A stretch of 63,542 bases of DNA, the filler included, from a bacterium (lineage in GTDB: Bacteria; JAJRZV01): NCBI GenBank assembly GCA_024275095.1. It is 6 parts of 6 records of this genome, joined end to end, with 100 filler letters (N's around TTAATTAATTAA, not from the genome) between each part and the next. Parts side by side here need not be neighbours in the genome. Positions count along the whole stretch, not along the records: positions 17,567 to 47,774 come from JAJRZV010000071.1; 5 more parts are not named here. The stretch is one strand, 5' to 3'. The notes under the pieces are model-generated. The model made no database searches. It was not told where the DNA came from and worked only from the letters and a program-made list of their open reading frames with translations. Positions 19,290 through 29,033 of the stretch are shown here, one piece after another (the first letter of the stretch is position 1; each line of letters opens with the position of its first letter). The position numbers and the translations under genes are program-made.

Positions 19290-19431
19290 CTTCACACCTC
19301 GTTGTTGCCTTTGCTTTTGAATCCTTACGGTGTGGAGTCCGAAATTGTTGTAATTACCCCAGGGGGTATTTTGAATAAATTTTCAGAATTTGGAACGATA
19401 GAAAACGGGGTGCTGACAGTAACGGTTTTGG

Positions 19432-19460
19432 TTGACATAAAGCATGCCCCCTTTAATAAT
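19432..19460 (+). promoter_or_regulatory. Putative sigma70 promoter of the cytochrome cluster
   Basis: TTGACA-N17-AATAAT. Confidence 0.4.
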
Positions 19461-19578
19461 AACAGCCACCTGTTGATTTTTTAGAGATCAGGGCGAGCGG
19501 GAGGTGTCGGTAGAAGTCAAAATATTTAAATTTTGATAAATGTAAAACCTTTCCGAACCTTTACGAAGGAGTAGAGGG

Positions 19579-20307
19579 ATGCCAGATCAGGTGAAAAGAT
19601 TGAGCGTGATATTTATTCTGGTAATCAGCGCACTTGTAATAGTGCGGTATCTCCTTATTCCCCCGACTTTTGGAAAGTTGGGACACTACAGGGCCAGAGC
19701 CTTGGAGGATGCAAAGGCGCTTCCTGTAAAGTACGCGGGTAGGGAAGCGTGTCTGGAATGCCATGATGACGTGGGGGATGCCCTTGGAAAATCGTATCAT
19801 CGAGGTCTTTCGTGTGAGGTTTGTCATGGTCCTGGAGCAAAGCATGTGAAATCTGAAGGAGATGTCGAACTGGTTGTTCCAGGAAAAAGGAAAGATTGCC
19901 TGCGTTGCCATCAATTTCTTTCGTCGAGACCTACAGGGTTTCCTCAGGTAGATCCTCTCCAGCACAACCCTGTAAAACCCTGTATCACCTGTCACGACCC
20001 TCACGAGCCCGGGCCGCCCCGGGCTCCTGCAGATTGTTCAGGATGTCATACCACCATTGCCAAGATAAAGGGTGTATCCCGGCATGTGTCATTAAAGTGT
20101 GAAACGTGTCATACGACAAAAGCACAGCATAAATTAGACCCCAGAAAGTTTCGGGCATCCATACCCGCAGAAAGAGAATTCTGTGGAAAATGTCATGCTA
20201 AAAAAGCAAAGGGCTCCTCTGATATTCCACAGGTTGATATTCGTCTTCACGGTGGAAGGTACCTGTGCTGGGAATGTCACAATCCTCACAATCCTCAAGG
20301 AGAGTAA
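19579..20307 (+). CDS. Membrane-anchored octaheme cytochrome c
   Basis: N-terminal TM and 8 CxxCH motifs in two similar tetraheme halves. Confidence 0.92.
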   Translation: MPDQVKRLSVIFILVISALVIVRYLLIPPTFGKLGHYRARALEDAKALPVKYAGREACLECHDDVGDALGKSYHRGLSCEVCHGPGAKHVKSEGDVELVVPGKRKDCLRCHQFLSSRPTGFPQVDPLQHNPVKPCITCHDPHEPGPPRAPADCSGCHTTIAKIKGVSRHVSLKCETCHTTKAQHKLDPRKFRASIPAEREFCGKCHAKKAKGSSDIPQVDIRLHGGRYLCWECHNPHNPQGE

Positions 20308-20309
20308 CA

Positions 20310-21092
20310 ATGAAGAAAGAAAAGAATACCATCAAGAGGAGAGAGTTTCTGAGGAAATTGGCGGAAGGAGCTTCTGCAGCCGGGTTGCTGTGGCTGTTGC
20401 CTGAGGGTATTGCCTACGGGGTCTTTGTGTCGGAACATGCCGGTGAAAACGCCGAACACTATTACGGTATGGGGATTTATGTGGATCGGTGCATCGGCTG
20501 TGGAAAGTGTGTAAACGCGTGCAAGAACGAGAACAATGTGCCGCGCGAGCCGTTCTTTTTCCGTACGTGGGTCGAACGGTATGTGATTTTCGAGGATGGA
20601 GAGGTAAAAGTTGATAGTCCTGCAGGGGGTGCCGAAGGGTTTCCGCCCCTGGATTCAGAAAAAACAAACAAGCCTGTGATAAAGTCGTTTTTCGTGCCCA
20701 AACTCTGCAATCACTGTGATAATCCCCCGTGTGTTCAGGTGTGCCCTGTGGGAGCCACGTTTAAATCGCCCGAAGGGGTGGTTCTGGTTGATGCAGATTA
20801 TTGCATTGGGTGCAGATACTGCATCCAGGCGTGCCCCTATGGGGCCAGGTATCTCAACCCTCAAACAAAGACCGCGGATAAATGTACTTTCTGTTATCAC
20901 CGATTGGCGCGCGGTTTCCTGCCGGCGTGCGTGGAGATCTGCCCGACAAGAGCAAGAGTGTTTGCAGACTTGAAAAAACGGAGCAATCCCCTTCAACGGC
21001 TCATGCGTCTTGCCGAGGTGCACACCCTCAAGCCTGACCTTAATACCGAACCGAAAGTGTATTATGCGAACCTGGATGGGGAGGTAAGGTAA
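20310..21092 (+). CDS. NrfC/DmsB-like 4x[4Fe-4S] protein with Tat signal
   Basis: KRREFLR; CIGCGKCVNAC, CNHCDNPPCVQVCP, CIGCRYCIQACP, CTFC...CVEICP. Confidence 0.93.
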   Translation: MKKEKNTIKRREFLRKLAEGASAAGLLWLLPEGIAYGVFVSEHAGENAEHYYGMGIYVDRCIGCGKCVNACKNENNVPREPFFFRTWVERYVIFEDGEVKVDSPAGGAEGFPPLDSEKTNKPVIKSFFVPKLCNHCDNPPCVQVCPVGATFKSPEGVVLVDADYCIGCRYCIQACPYGARYLNPQTKTADKCTFCYHRLARGFLPACVEICPTRARVFADLKKRSNPLQRLMRLAEVHTLKPDLNTEPKVYYANLDGEVR

Positions 21093-22331
21093 ATGGAACA
21101 ATTGATTCATCAACTTTATTCGGCTCTCCAGAATGTAACGGGTTTCATCTATCCGAACGAGATCGAACTTCAATGGAGCATTCTCATCGTTATATACCCG
21201 TATATTACAGGGCTCGTCGCAGGTGCTTTTATTCTCGCATCTCTAGTGAAGGTGTTTAATGTTAAAGAGGTGAGTCCTACTTACAGATTGTCTTTGCTCA
21301 CAGCCCTTGCTTTTCTTATTGTAGCCCCTCTTCCGCTGCTGGCACACCTTGGGCACATGGAGCGCTCGTACGAGATATTCCTTACCCCTCACCTGAAATC
21401 AGCTATGGCCGTGTTCGGGTTTGTGTACCTGTGGTACTTGATGGTGGTTTTGCTTTTGGAAATATGGTTTGATTATCGAAAGGACATGATCGAATGGGGT
21501 AATCAGTCAAGAGGATTGAAAAAGCTCTTTTACCGGTTTCTGGTCTTGTTTTCCAAGGACACCTCTTCCGAAGCCCTCGCGTTTGATAAGAAAGCCGTAA
21601 GGGTGATCACCATAATCGGGATTCCCTCGGCGTTTTTATTACACGGTTACGTGGGATTTATATTCGGCTCGGTCAAGGCCAATCCGTGGTGGAGCAGTGT
21701 TCTTATGCCTGTGGTATTTCTTTTCTCGGCCATTGTTTCAGGAATCGCTCTTGTCCTGCTGCTTTACATGATTGCAACAATGCTCAGGGGTGAGAAGCTG
21801 GACATGCGATGTCTGGACAGGCTCGCTGACTTCCTCTTTTATTCTATTATTGTAGATTTTTCCCTTGAAATGCTGGATTTCATACACCGCCTTTATCAAT
21901 CAGAAGAATCAATAAAAATTATCTCCCAGATGGTGAGCAGCCGTTTGTTCGTCAGCCTTATAGTAATACAGATTTTAATTGGTACGCTCGTACCGCTTGG
22001 GACCCTGTTTTTCATAAAGATTACGTCCCTGAACGAGGAGCTGCGGCGCTTGCTGTATTTTCTTTCAGCAATTCTCGTGCAGATCGGAATTTTCAGCACG
22101 CGCTGGAATGTAGTGATCGGTGGCCAGCTTTTTTCAAAAAGCTTCAGAGGGCTTACAGTGTATAAAATGGAACTGCTTGGAGTTGAAGGATTGCTGGTTG
22201 GTATAGCCTTTCTCGTTCTCCCTTTTATAATTCTTTACGTGCTCATGCGGATTTTACCGCCGTGGTCTTCGCCCGGTCCCGGTGCTGACGAAAATTCTTC
22301 TAAACAACTGCAACCTCAGACACAACCGTGA
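21093..22331 (+). CDS. NrfD/PsrC family quinone-interacting membrane subunit
   Basis: About 10 TMs; WSILIVIYPYITGLVAG, HLGHMER, SAIVSG, RWNVVIGGQ. Confidence 0.9.
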   Translation: MEQLIHQLYSALQNVTGFIYPNEIELQWSILIVIYPYITGLVAGAFILASLVKVFNVKEVSPTYRLSLLTALAFLIVAPLPLLAHLGHMERSYEIFLTPHLKSAMAVFGFVYLWYLMVVLLLEIWFDYRKDMIEWGNQSRGLKKLFYRFLVLFSKDTSSEALAFDKKAVRVITIIGIPSAFLLHGYVGFIFGSVKANPWWSSVLMPVVFLFSAIVSGIALVLLLYMIATMLRGEKLDMRCLDRLADFLFYSIIVDFSLEMLDFIHRLYQSEESIKIISQMVSSRLFVSLIVIQILIGTLVPLGTLFFIKITSLNEELRRLLYFLSAILVQIGIFSTRWNVVIGGQLFSKSFRGLTVYKMELLGVEGLLVGIAFLVLPFIILYVLMRILPPWSSPGPGADENSSKQLQPQTQP

Positions 22332-22364
22332 GGAGGAGTAAATAATAATCATGTGAGGATGAAC

Positions 22365-22829
22365 ATGAATCCTCAAAACCCGGATAATCCAGAAGGAGTA
22401 GAGCAGCCGACCAGAAGATCCCTTCTCACGTGGGTTATCCTTTTTTTTACATCCCTGTCAGCTCTGATAATAGGTGTTCCTTTACTGCGCTTTCTTTTTC
22501 CCCCTGAGAGAGTGATTGAAAAGAGGGGCAGAAAAACATTCGTTGCGCGGATAAAAGATATTCAGAAAGGTCGAGCGAAGACTGTGTTGTATGAGAACTC
22601 CCCTGTGTTGCTCATAAACTATGGGGGAAGTATCAGAGCTGTTTCTGCCATATGTACACACATGGGATGTTTCCTGAGATGGGATGACCGCGCGGGTCAG
22701 ATCAAGTGCCCCTGTCATTATGCAGCTTTTGATATAGACGGAGAGGTTCTTTCCGGTCCGCCGCCGAGACCTTTGAAAACATTCAAGGTTGAGGTGACTC
22801 ACGGGAAAATATTTATAGTTAAAGATTGA
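22365..22829 (+). CDS. Rieske [2Fe-2S] protein (Tat-anchored)
   Basis: TRRSLL followed by a TM; CTHMGC and CPCH boxes; GPPPRPL. Start could be 22353 or 22359. Confidence 0.93.
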   Translation: MNPQNPDNPEGVEQPTRRSLLTWVILFFTSLSALIIGVPLLRFLFPPERVIEKRGRKTFVARIKDIQKGRAKTVLYENSPVLLINYGGSIRAVSAICTHMGCFLRWDDRAGQIKCPCHYAAFDIDGEVLSGPPPRPLKTFKVEVTHGKIFIVKD

Positions 22830-23863
22830 TGACTATGATACCCGGAAATAGTCTTTTAAATAATAATATCAGAAAAAGGGTTAAGAGCTTCTTTTCTCAA
22901 CGCGTAAGAGTGGACCTGGATAATTATGTGGGAATATCACTGATTATTCTTTTCATTGTCCAGCTGCTTACAGGGCTGGGTCTGTCTCTTTATTACCAGC
23001 CTTCTCCTACGGAGGCTCACGAAAGCTTAAAATTTATAATGAATGAGCTCCCTTTTGGCTGGCTTATCAGAAGTATCCATTACTGGGCTGCACATATGTT
23101 CCTGTTTATCGTTCTCGCCCAGCTCATCGCAAAAATGCTCAGAAGAAAGTTTTCCATGACGTACTCGAATCCCTGGATCGTTGGTTTGATTTTGAGCATT
23201 TTTGCCGCCGCCTGGTTTATCACCGGAGAACTTTTGAGCTGGAGCAACAATATTTTCTGGGAGGTTGATCTTCTGACCGGAGAACTCAATGGAATTCCAT
23301 TCATAGGAAAGTACATACGGCTTTTTATACGAGGTGGAGAAGCTGTCGGATATTCCACTTTAACCCGTTTCTACGTATTCCACATTCTTTTCTTTTTACT
23401 CATATGTGTTCCACTCGGTATTTACCATGTCTATTCTGCTTTAAAGCACAGGCTTGTTACCTTTTCTGAAACTCGGGAAGGTAGAGTGCTTTCAGCGTAT
23501 GTGCTCTCTATTGATACTTTGATAATCATGTTCCTCATTTTTTCTGTACTCATGGGCGTGTCCGTGTTTCTGCCTCGAGAAATTCCGGAGCTTGCAGACC
23601 CGGCCAAGGTGCCGGATGTGATCAGCATCAGCTGGTATATTTACCCTTTCTATAAATTTTACACATTGATTCCTGCAAAAATCTTATTTCTAAATCGAGT
23701 AACAGTATTTTCTATTTGTATTCTTGTTGTTGCTGGTTTGTATTTTAGCCTGCCGTATATATATTCCTCTACGCGTAACGCATGGAAAAAAGTTGCTTAT
23801 GCCTGTGTGGTGGGGTTCACGGGACTCTATGTGATAACGGTGATATGGAGATTGTTGCGATGA
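22826..23863 (+). CDS. Cytochrome b (b6 + subunit IV fused), atypical
   Basis: QLLTGLGLSLYYQP, GWLIRSIHYW, IPFIG, TLTRFYVFH...H; His85/186/201 present, Gln99 at the fourth ligand position, ISWY in place of PEWY. Confidence 0.9.
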   Translation: MMTMIPGNSLLNNNIRKRVKSFFSQRVRVDLDNYVGISLIILFIVQLLTGLGLSLYYQPSPTEAHESLKFIMNELPFGWLIRSIHYWAAHMFLFIVLAQLIAKMLRRKFSMTYSNPWIVGLILSIFAAAWFITGELLSWSNNIFWEVDLLTGELNGIPFIGKYIRLFIRGGEAVGYSTLTRFYVFHILFFLLICVPLGIYHVYSALKHRLVTFSETREGRVLSAYVLSIDTLIIMFLIFSVLMGVSVFLPREIPELADPAKVPDVISISWYIYPFYKFYTLIPAKILFLNRVTVFSICILVVAGLYFSLPYIYSSTRNAWKKVAYACVVGFTGLYVITVIWRLLR

Positions 23864-25056
23864 TAGAGTGGATGATGGCATTGGTGCTCATCGCTTCACC
23901 CTCGCCGGTGAATTCGTGCAGGACGTGTCACGGGGGTGAAAGTTACCTTGATGCGAAAAGTGTACACGCCAAATTGTTTGGTTGTACCGAATGCCACGGA
24001 GGTGATTCATCTATCCTCACCCGCAAGGCCATGAGCCCGGCCAAAGGGTTCAAAAAAATTCGCAACAAAAAAGATATTGCATACCTGTGTGCCCGCTGTC
24101 ATTCAGATGTGGAGAAGATGCTCCCTTACGGAGAATTTATTGATGAGTTCAGAATTTACAAAACCAGCAAACACGGTGTTTTGCTTTTTCGAAAAAATGA
24201 TCAAAAGGTAGCAGTATGTACGGATTGCCACAATGTCCACGACATCAAAGGAGCCGACGATCCCTCTTCGTCGGTGTATCCATTTAATGTACCCAACACG
24301 TGTGGGAAGTGTCACTCTGATGCTGAATATATGAAGGAGTATAAAATCCCTACGGACCAGTTTGAGGGTTATATCCAGAGTGAACACGGCATTCTTCGAA
24401 TGCAGAAAAAGGATTTAAGGGCTCCTGGTTGTCCTGAATGTCATGGTGTCCATGGCGCGCGTCCTCCAGCGGTTAAAGAAATTCACGAAGTGTGTGGAAG
24501 GTGTCACAAAGCACAGGATGAGTATTTTAAACAAAGCCCCCATGCTAATTTCTCAGAAGCATTGAAGGGATGCGAAGGATGTCATGGTAACCACAAGATT
24601 GTAAAACCAGACCACAATATTCTTGTCAGTGAAGTTGCAGGTGAGGGCAAGGGATGCCTGGGATGTCATTCGCCTGAAAGTAAAGAGGAAAAACTAGGCA
24701 AGGAGTTGCGAGATATGCTTGTAAAGGCGGAACAGGTTGTTGGACTGGCACTCAACAACATAGAGAGGGCGCGTTCCAAAGGTTTCGAGGTGGACGAGGA
24801 GATGGTAAAGCTGAAAGAAGCACGCGGATTCGTTGTGGAGGCTCTTACGGTTATTCATTCGTTGAACAGGGAGCTCGTGTGGGAATATACACAGGATGCT
24901 GTTGTGGCAGCGGAAGACATCAATGACCTGGTAAAGGCGAAACTTATTGAGTGGAGAGATCGGCGTGTAATGTTCGTGTTCAATATTTTTGTTTTCGCTG
25001 TTTCGGCTGTGCTCCTTTTTATACGACGACGTAGAAGGATCAGGGAGGAGGTCTGA
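23860..25056 (+). CDS. Nonaheme cytochrome c with C-terminal helical stalk and membrane anchor
   Basis: 9 CxxCH motifs; C-terminal TM followed by RRRRR; ATGA overlap with cytochrome b. Confidence 0.9.
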   Translation: MIEWMMALVLIASPSPVNSCRTCHGGESYLDAKSVHAKLFGCTECHGGDSSILTRKAMSPAKGFKKIRNKKDIAYLCARCHSDVEKMLPYGEFIDEFRIYKTSKHGVLLFRKNDQKVAVCTDCHNVHDIKGADDPSSSVYPFNVPNTCGKCHSDAEYMKEYKIPTDQFEGYIQSEHGILRMQKKDLRAPGCPECHGVHGARPPAVKEIHEVCGRCHKAQDEYFKQSPHANFSEALKGCEGCHGNHKIVKPDHNILVSEVAGEGKGCLGCHSPESKEEKLGKELRDMLVKAEQVVGLALNNIERARSKGFEVDEEMVKLKEARGFVVEALTVIHSLNRELVWEYTQDAVVAAEDINDLVKAKLIEWRDRRVMFVFNIFVFAVSAVLLFIRRRRRIREEV

Positions 25057-26462
25057 TGGGATTTAAGAACTGGCTTTTGAGAAGAAAACTTCTGCTGAAA
25101 GTGTTGAATGTGATCGGCATTCATGTGCCTGTAGATCGCAAGGACATTCTCCATTTTTCTCCCAGGTTTCTCACCACACTTGGTGTGTTGTTTATAATCT
25201 TTATTGTAGGAGCCCTGGCGTTTTTAAAGTTCAGCACGAGCCCGTACTTTTGTGGCATGTGCCATATTATGAAACCGTATTATCAGGCCTGGAAGAACTC
25301 TTCTCACAATTTTGTGCCATGTGTTGATTGCCACTATCCGCCAGGATTCGCAGAGGAGTTCAGAGGCAAGATCCAGGCATCTGTCCAGGTGTTTAAATAC
25401 ATTACGCGAACTTACAGCACGAAGCCTTATGCTGAAATAGAGGATGCCAGTTGCTTGAGAAAGGGCTGTCACAACAAGCGCCTGCTGGAAGGAAAGGTGA
25501 CGTTCAAGAAGGGTATTATTTTTGATCACAAGCCTCACCTTATGCAGATCAGGCGAGGGCGGAAGCTCAGGTGCACTTCGTGCCATTCTCAAATTGTGGT
25601 CGGTTCTCACATTGCAGTGACGGAAAGTGTTTGTTTCATCTGTCATTTTAAACCGGAAAGTGACGGCTCAACCCCGAAAATTGCAAAGTGTACAATCTGT
25701 CACACACCTCCCAAAAAGGAGATTGAACTGGCGGGTATCTCTTATAACCACGAGGACTTTGTAAACAGGGGTGTTGCGTGTACTAAATGTCATTTTAAAA
25801 TCATCCAGGGCAACGGGGACGTTCCCAAGGAGATGTGTCTTACCTGTCACGGTGAACCGGAAAAACTGGAAAAGTATAATGATCACGCACTTATTCATGA
25901 CACCCACGTAACCAAGCACAAGGTGGAATGCTTCCAGTGTCATACGGATATTACCCACCGCGTTTCCACGAACATCATGGTGTTAAAAAATGATTGTTCC
26001 TCGTGTCATGCAAACATGCACGATGCCCAGAAAAATCTGTACGCGGGTACTGGCGGCAAGGGTGTGGAAAATATGCCTTCGCCCATGTTTATTGCGAAAG
26101 TGGATTGTACGGGATGTCACATAAATCCACAGTCAAACGGACATTTCTCATTTAGCGAGAGCACCATGGAACCAGCAGAAGCTGCCTGCCTGAATTGCCA
26201 CGGCACGGATTACGAAGGGGTGGTGGAAGAGTGGGAAACCACCGTTAAAGAGGAACTGAAGGCTTTCGAAAAAGTATACGCGCAGACAAAAAGAATTCTA
26301 AGGGGAAGAAAACTGACGGCGAAGCAGAAGAAAGCACTGGAAGAAGCTATTTATAATTACAACCTTGTGAAGTGGGGAAAGGGTGTCCACAACGTAGAAT
26401 ATGCCACTGCCCTGCTCCAGCATGCCCGGGACACGCTGCGTAAGCTTGTTAAGGGTCAGTAA
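25056..26462 (+). CDS. NapC/NirT-domain multiheme cytochrome c (about 12 hemes)
   Basis: N-terminal TM then STSPYFCGMCHIMKPYYQAW; 11 CxxCH plus CLRKGCH; C-terminal GVHNVEYA. Confidence 0.9.
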   Translation: MGFKNWLLRRKLLLKVLNVIGIHVPVDRKDILHFSPRFLTTLGVLFIIFIVGALAFLKFSTSPYFCGMCHIMKPYYQAWKNSSHNFVPCVDCHYPPGFAEEFRGKIQASVQVFKYITRTYSTKPYAEIEDASCLRKGCHNKRLLEGKVTFKKGIIFDHKPHLMQIRRGRKLRCTSCHSQIVVGSHIAVTESVCFICHFKPESDGSTPKIAKCTICHTPPKKEIELAGISYNHEDFVNRGVACTKCHFKIIQGNGDVPKEMCLTCHGEPEKLEKYNDHALIHDTHVTKHKVECFQCHTDITHRVSTNIMVLKNDCSSCHANMHDAQKNLYAGTGGKGVENMPSPMFIAKVDCTGCHINPQSNGHFSFSESTMEPAEAACLNCHGTDYEGVVEEWETTVKEELKAFEKVYAQTKRILRGRKLTAKQKKALEEAIYNYNLVKWGKGVHNVEYATALLQHARDTLRKLVKGQ

Positions 26463-26464
26463 AT

Positions 26465-27253
26465 TTATTTTACCCACGCAATCACGCGTGCCGGCGAGCC
26501 GCTTCCGCCTTTTACAGGAAGAGGAAATACACACACAAAAGCTCCGCGCGGGGGCAGATCGCCGGGAATAAAGAGATTTTCTATGATGATACGGTCGTAA
26601 CCGAGTACAACTTTGTGAGCTGAAAAATCCTGAGATAGACCCGGGTCCAGGCTGAGTGTGTCTATCCCGATACCGTAAACTTTACGGCCTTTTACAAGAA
26701 TTTCTGCCGCTTCTTTGCTTACGCCTGGAAAGTGCATTATGCCTTTTTCGTCCTGGTTAAGGTAGGTTTTGGGGTTTTTCCACTTTTCAGACCACCCGGT
26801 GTTCACAAGCACAAAGGAACCCCTCGGAATATGACCGTACCGGCTCTCAAATTTTTCCACGTCGGAGATGGAAAGCGCGTAATCAGATGATTGTTTTACA
26901 CTGTCGCGTATGTCCAGCACGACAGCCGGACCACAAAGATGGTCAATTTCCAGTTTGTCCACCTCCCGGCCTTCTTCCAGAAAGTGTGATGGGGCATCTA
27001 TGTGTGTGCCTGTGTGTTCGCTCATGGTAATGGTATGCATGGTGTATCCGTCCCGTGCGAGTGTTTTGTATTTGGTGAGTGAGAATGGAATTCCACCCGG
27101 GAAATAAGGGATGCCGTTTTCCAACGTGTGTGTAAGGTCTATCATGCGATAATCGCGTTGAAGCACCTGCCAGGGTTCCTTGCTGGAGCAGGCGGATGCA
27201 ATAGCGAGCGTTAAAATTAGCGCGAGTGCCATTAAATGTATTTTCTTCATCAA
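26465..27253 (-). CDS. Cyclase / kynurenine-formamidase family metal hydrolase with lipoprotein-like signal
   Basis: EHTGTHIDAPSHF, GIDTLSLD, IIENL, GGSGSPAR; IASAC lipobox. Confidence 0.88.
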   Translation of the reverse strand: MMKKIHLMALALILTLAIASACSSKEPWQVLQRDYRMIDLTHTLENGIPYFPGGIPFSLTKYKTLARDGYTMHTITMSEHTGTHIDAPSHFLEEGREVDKLEIDHLCGPAVVLDIRDSVKQSSDYALSISDVEKFESRYGHIPRGSFVLVNTGWSEKWKNPKTYLNQDEKGIMHFPGVSKEAAEILVKGRKVYGIGIDTLSLDPGLSQDFSAHKVVLGYDRIIIENLFIPGDLPPRGAFVCVFPLPVKGGSGSPARVIAWVK

Positions 27254-27594
27254 GCCATCCTCGGGTTGAGCAGTTCTCCGCCGATAACATGAAGATGAAG
27301 GTGAAACACGGTCTGACCCGCATCTTTCCCTGAATTGATGACAAGCCGATATCCGGACCTGTCCACACCTTTCAACTGAGCCACCTTTTTGCCGGCAAGG
27401 AGAAGTTTGCCCAGCAGGGCTGGATCGTCCGTTTCTTCGATTCCCGTGATGTGAGCCTTTGGAATGACCAGCGTGTGTACCCGAGCCTGGGGGTTAATGT
27501 CTTCAAAGGCAAAGAAATCTTCATCTTCGTATACTTTTGTTGATTCCAGCTCGCCCCTTACGATTTTGCAAAATATGCATTCAGCAGATGCCAT
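27250..27594 (-). CDS. hinT: HIT family nucleotide-binding protein
   Basis: CIFCKI, DINPQA, AGQTVFHLHLHVIGG. Confidence 0.93.
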   Translation of the reverse strand: MASAECIFCKIVRGELESTKVYEDEDFFAFEDINPQARVHTLVIPKAHITGIEETDDPALLGKLLLAGKKVAQLKGVDRSGYRLVINSGKDAGQTVFHLHLHVIGGELLNPRMA

Positions 27595-27610
27595 GGGTCC
27601 ACCTCCTGAG

Positions 27611-28273
27611 TCAATTTTCTTTTTTTGATGATTCTTTACGCCTGCCGTATCTGCTTTTCAAGTGTTTCAGGACTTCATTGAACGGAATATCTGCCCACAC
27701 AAGAGCCATGAGTATGAAAAATAAAACATCAGCGGCCTCCCATATAATTCCGTCACGGTTGCCCTGAGAGAGGGCTTCTGTGAATTCTTCTGATTCTTCT
27801 ACAACCTTAGCAGATATGGCTTCGCGGCCTTTCTGAAACAGACGGGCTGTATAGGAACCCTCGGGTTTCGTTTGCTTGCGCTGGCGGAGGAGCTCCTCCA
27901 GGACTTCAAGGAACGGTGTTCCTGGAGGCTCGTTTTCACGGCGGTAAATATCTGTGAAAAAGCAGGTGGAATTGCCTGTGTGACATGCAGGGCCAGTCTG
28001 TTCTACTTCATACAGAAGCGTGTCTCCGTCACAATCCAGTTTTATCCCGACAATTTTTTGCACGTGTCCGGATGCTTCGCCCTTTTTCCACAGTTTTTTC
28101 CTGGAGCGGGACCAGTAATGAGCAAAGCCCGTTTCAAGAGTTTTGTTCAGGGCTTCTTCATTGGCGTAAGCAACCATGAGCACCTTGCCCGTCAGGTGAT
28201 CCACCGCAACAACGGGCACCAGACCGTTGGAATCAAATCGTATGTTTTTTATTGTTTTGTCTGTTGAACTCAT
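27611..28273 (-). CDS. hisIE: Bifunctional phosphoribosyl-AMP cyclohydrolase / phosphoribosyl-ATP pyrophosphatase
   Basis: [44 protein letters not shown]. Confidence 0.95.
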   Translation of the reverse strand: MSSTDKTIKNIRFDSNGLVPVVAVDHLTGKVLMVAYANEEALNKTLETGFAHYWSRSRKKLWKKGEASGHVQKIVGIKLDCDGDTLLYEVEQTGPACHTGNSTCFFTDIYRRENEPPGTPFLEVLEELLRQRKQTKPEGSYTARLFQKGREAISAKVVEESEEFTEALSQGNRDGIIWEAADVLFFILMALVWADIPFNEVLKHLKSRYGRRKESSKKEN

Positions 28274-29031
28274 AGCCTCACCACCACTCCTTTTTCTCTC
28301 AGGTACTGTTTCACTTCGCTGATGCGGAGCTCACCGAAATGGAACACACTGGCAGCCAGCACTGCGTCTGCACGTCCTTCCACAAGTCCCTCATAAAAAT
28401 GGTGAAGCGTACCCACTCCGCCTGAGGCAATAACCGGGATGGTGACGCTGCTCGATACCGTACGCGTGAGTTCAATATCGTAACCTTCCTTGGTTCCGTC
28501 TCTATCCATGCTCGTGAGAAGTATTTCTCCGGCTCCCAGTTCTTCCACGCGCATGGCCCATTCCACCGCGTCTATGCCTGTGGGACGACGGCCTCCGTGC
28601 GTGTACACCTCCCACCCACCCTCTCTGCGGCGCCTTGCATCAATGGCTACCACAATGCACTGGCTTCCGAAAATTTCGCTAGCTTTTTTCACAAGCTCTG
28701 GATTCTGGACAGCAGCGGTGTTGATGCTGACCTTATCAGCTCCTGCCAAAAGCATTTCCCTGATGTCTTCTACGGTTCGAATTCCACCCCCCACCAGTAA
28801 TGGCACAAAAACCCTTTCGGCGGTACGTTGTACCACATCAACCATTGTTTTTCTGCCTTCGCTGGAAGCGGTAATGTCCAGAAAACATATCTCATCTGCA
28901 CCCTCTCGATCATACAGGCTTGCACACTCTACGGGATCGCCGGCGTCCCGGATGTTGACGAACTTAATTCCCTTAACGACCCTTCCAGCGTCTACGTCCA
29001 GACACGGGATGATGCGCTTGGCAAGAGGCAT
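28270..29031 (-). CDS. hisF: Imidazole glycerol phosphate synthase cyclase subunit
   Basis: [30 protein letters not shown]. Confidence 0.97.
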   Translation of the reverse strand: MPLAKRIIPCLDVDAGRVVKGIKFVNIRDAGDPVECASLYDREGADEICFLDITASSEGRKTMVDVVQRTAERVFVPLLVGGGIRTVEDIREMLLAGADKVSINTAAVQNPELVKKASEIFGSQCIVVAIDARRRREGGWEVYTHGGRRPTGIDAVEWAMRVEELGAGEILLTSMDRDGTKEGYDIELTRTVSSSVTIPVIASGGVGTLHHFYEGLVEGRADAVLAASVFHFGELRISEVKQYLREKGVVVRL

Positions 29032-29033
29032 GG

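Noticed and set aside
19370-19547. Rex/FNR boxes upstream of the cytochrome cluster
   Set aside because: Only half-site or wrongly spaced matches in AT-rich sequence.
23782-23859. Cys-rich N-terminal extension (MEKSCLCLC...) of the nonaheme cytochrome
   Set aside because: It overlaps the cytochrome b 3' end; ATG 23860 with ATGA coupling is the better start.
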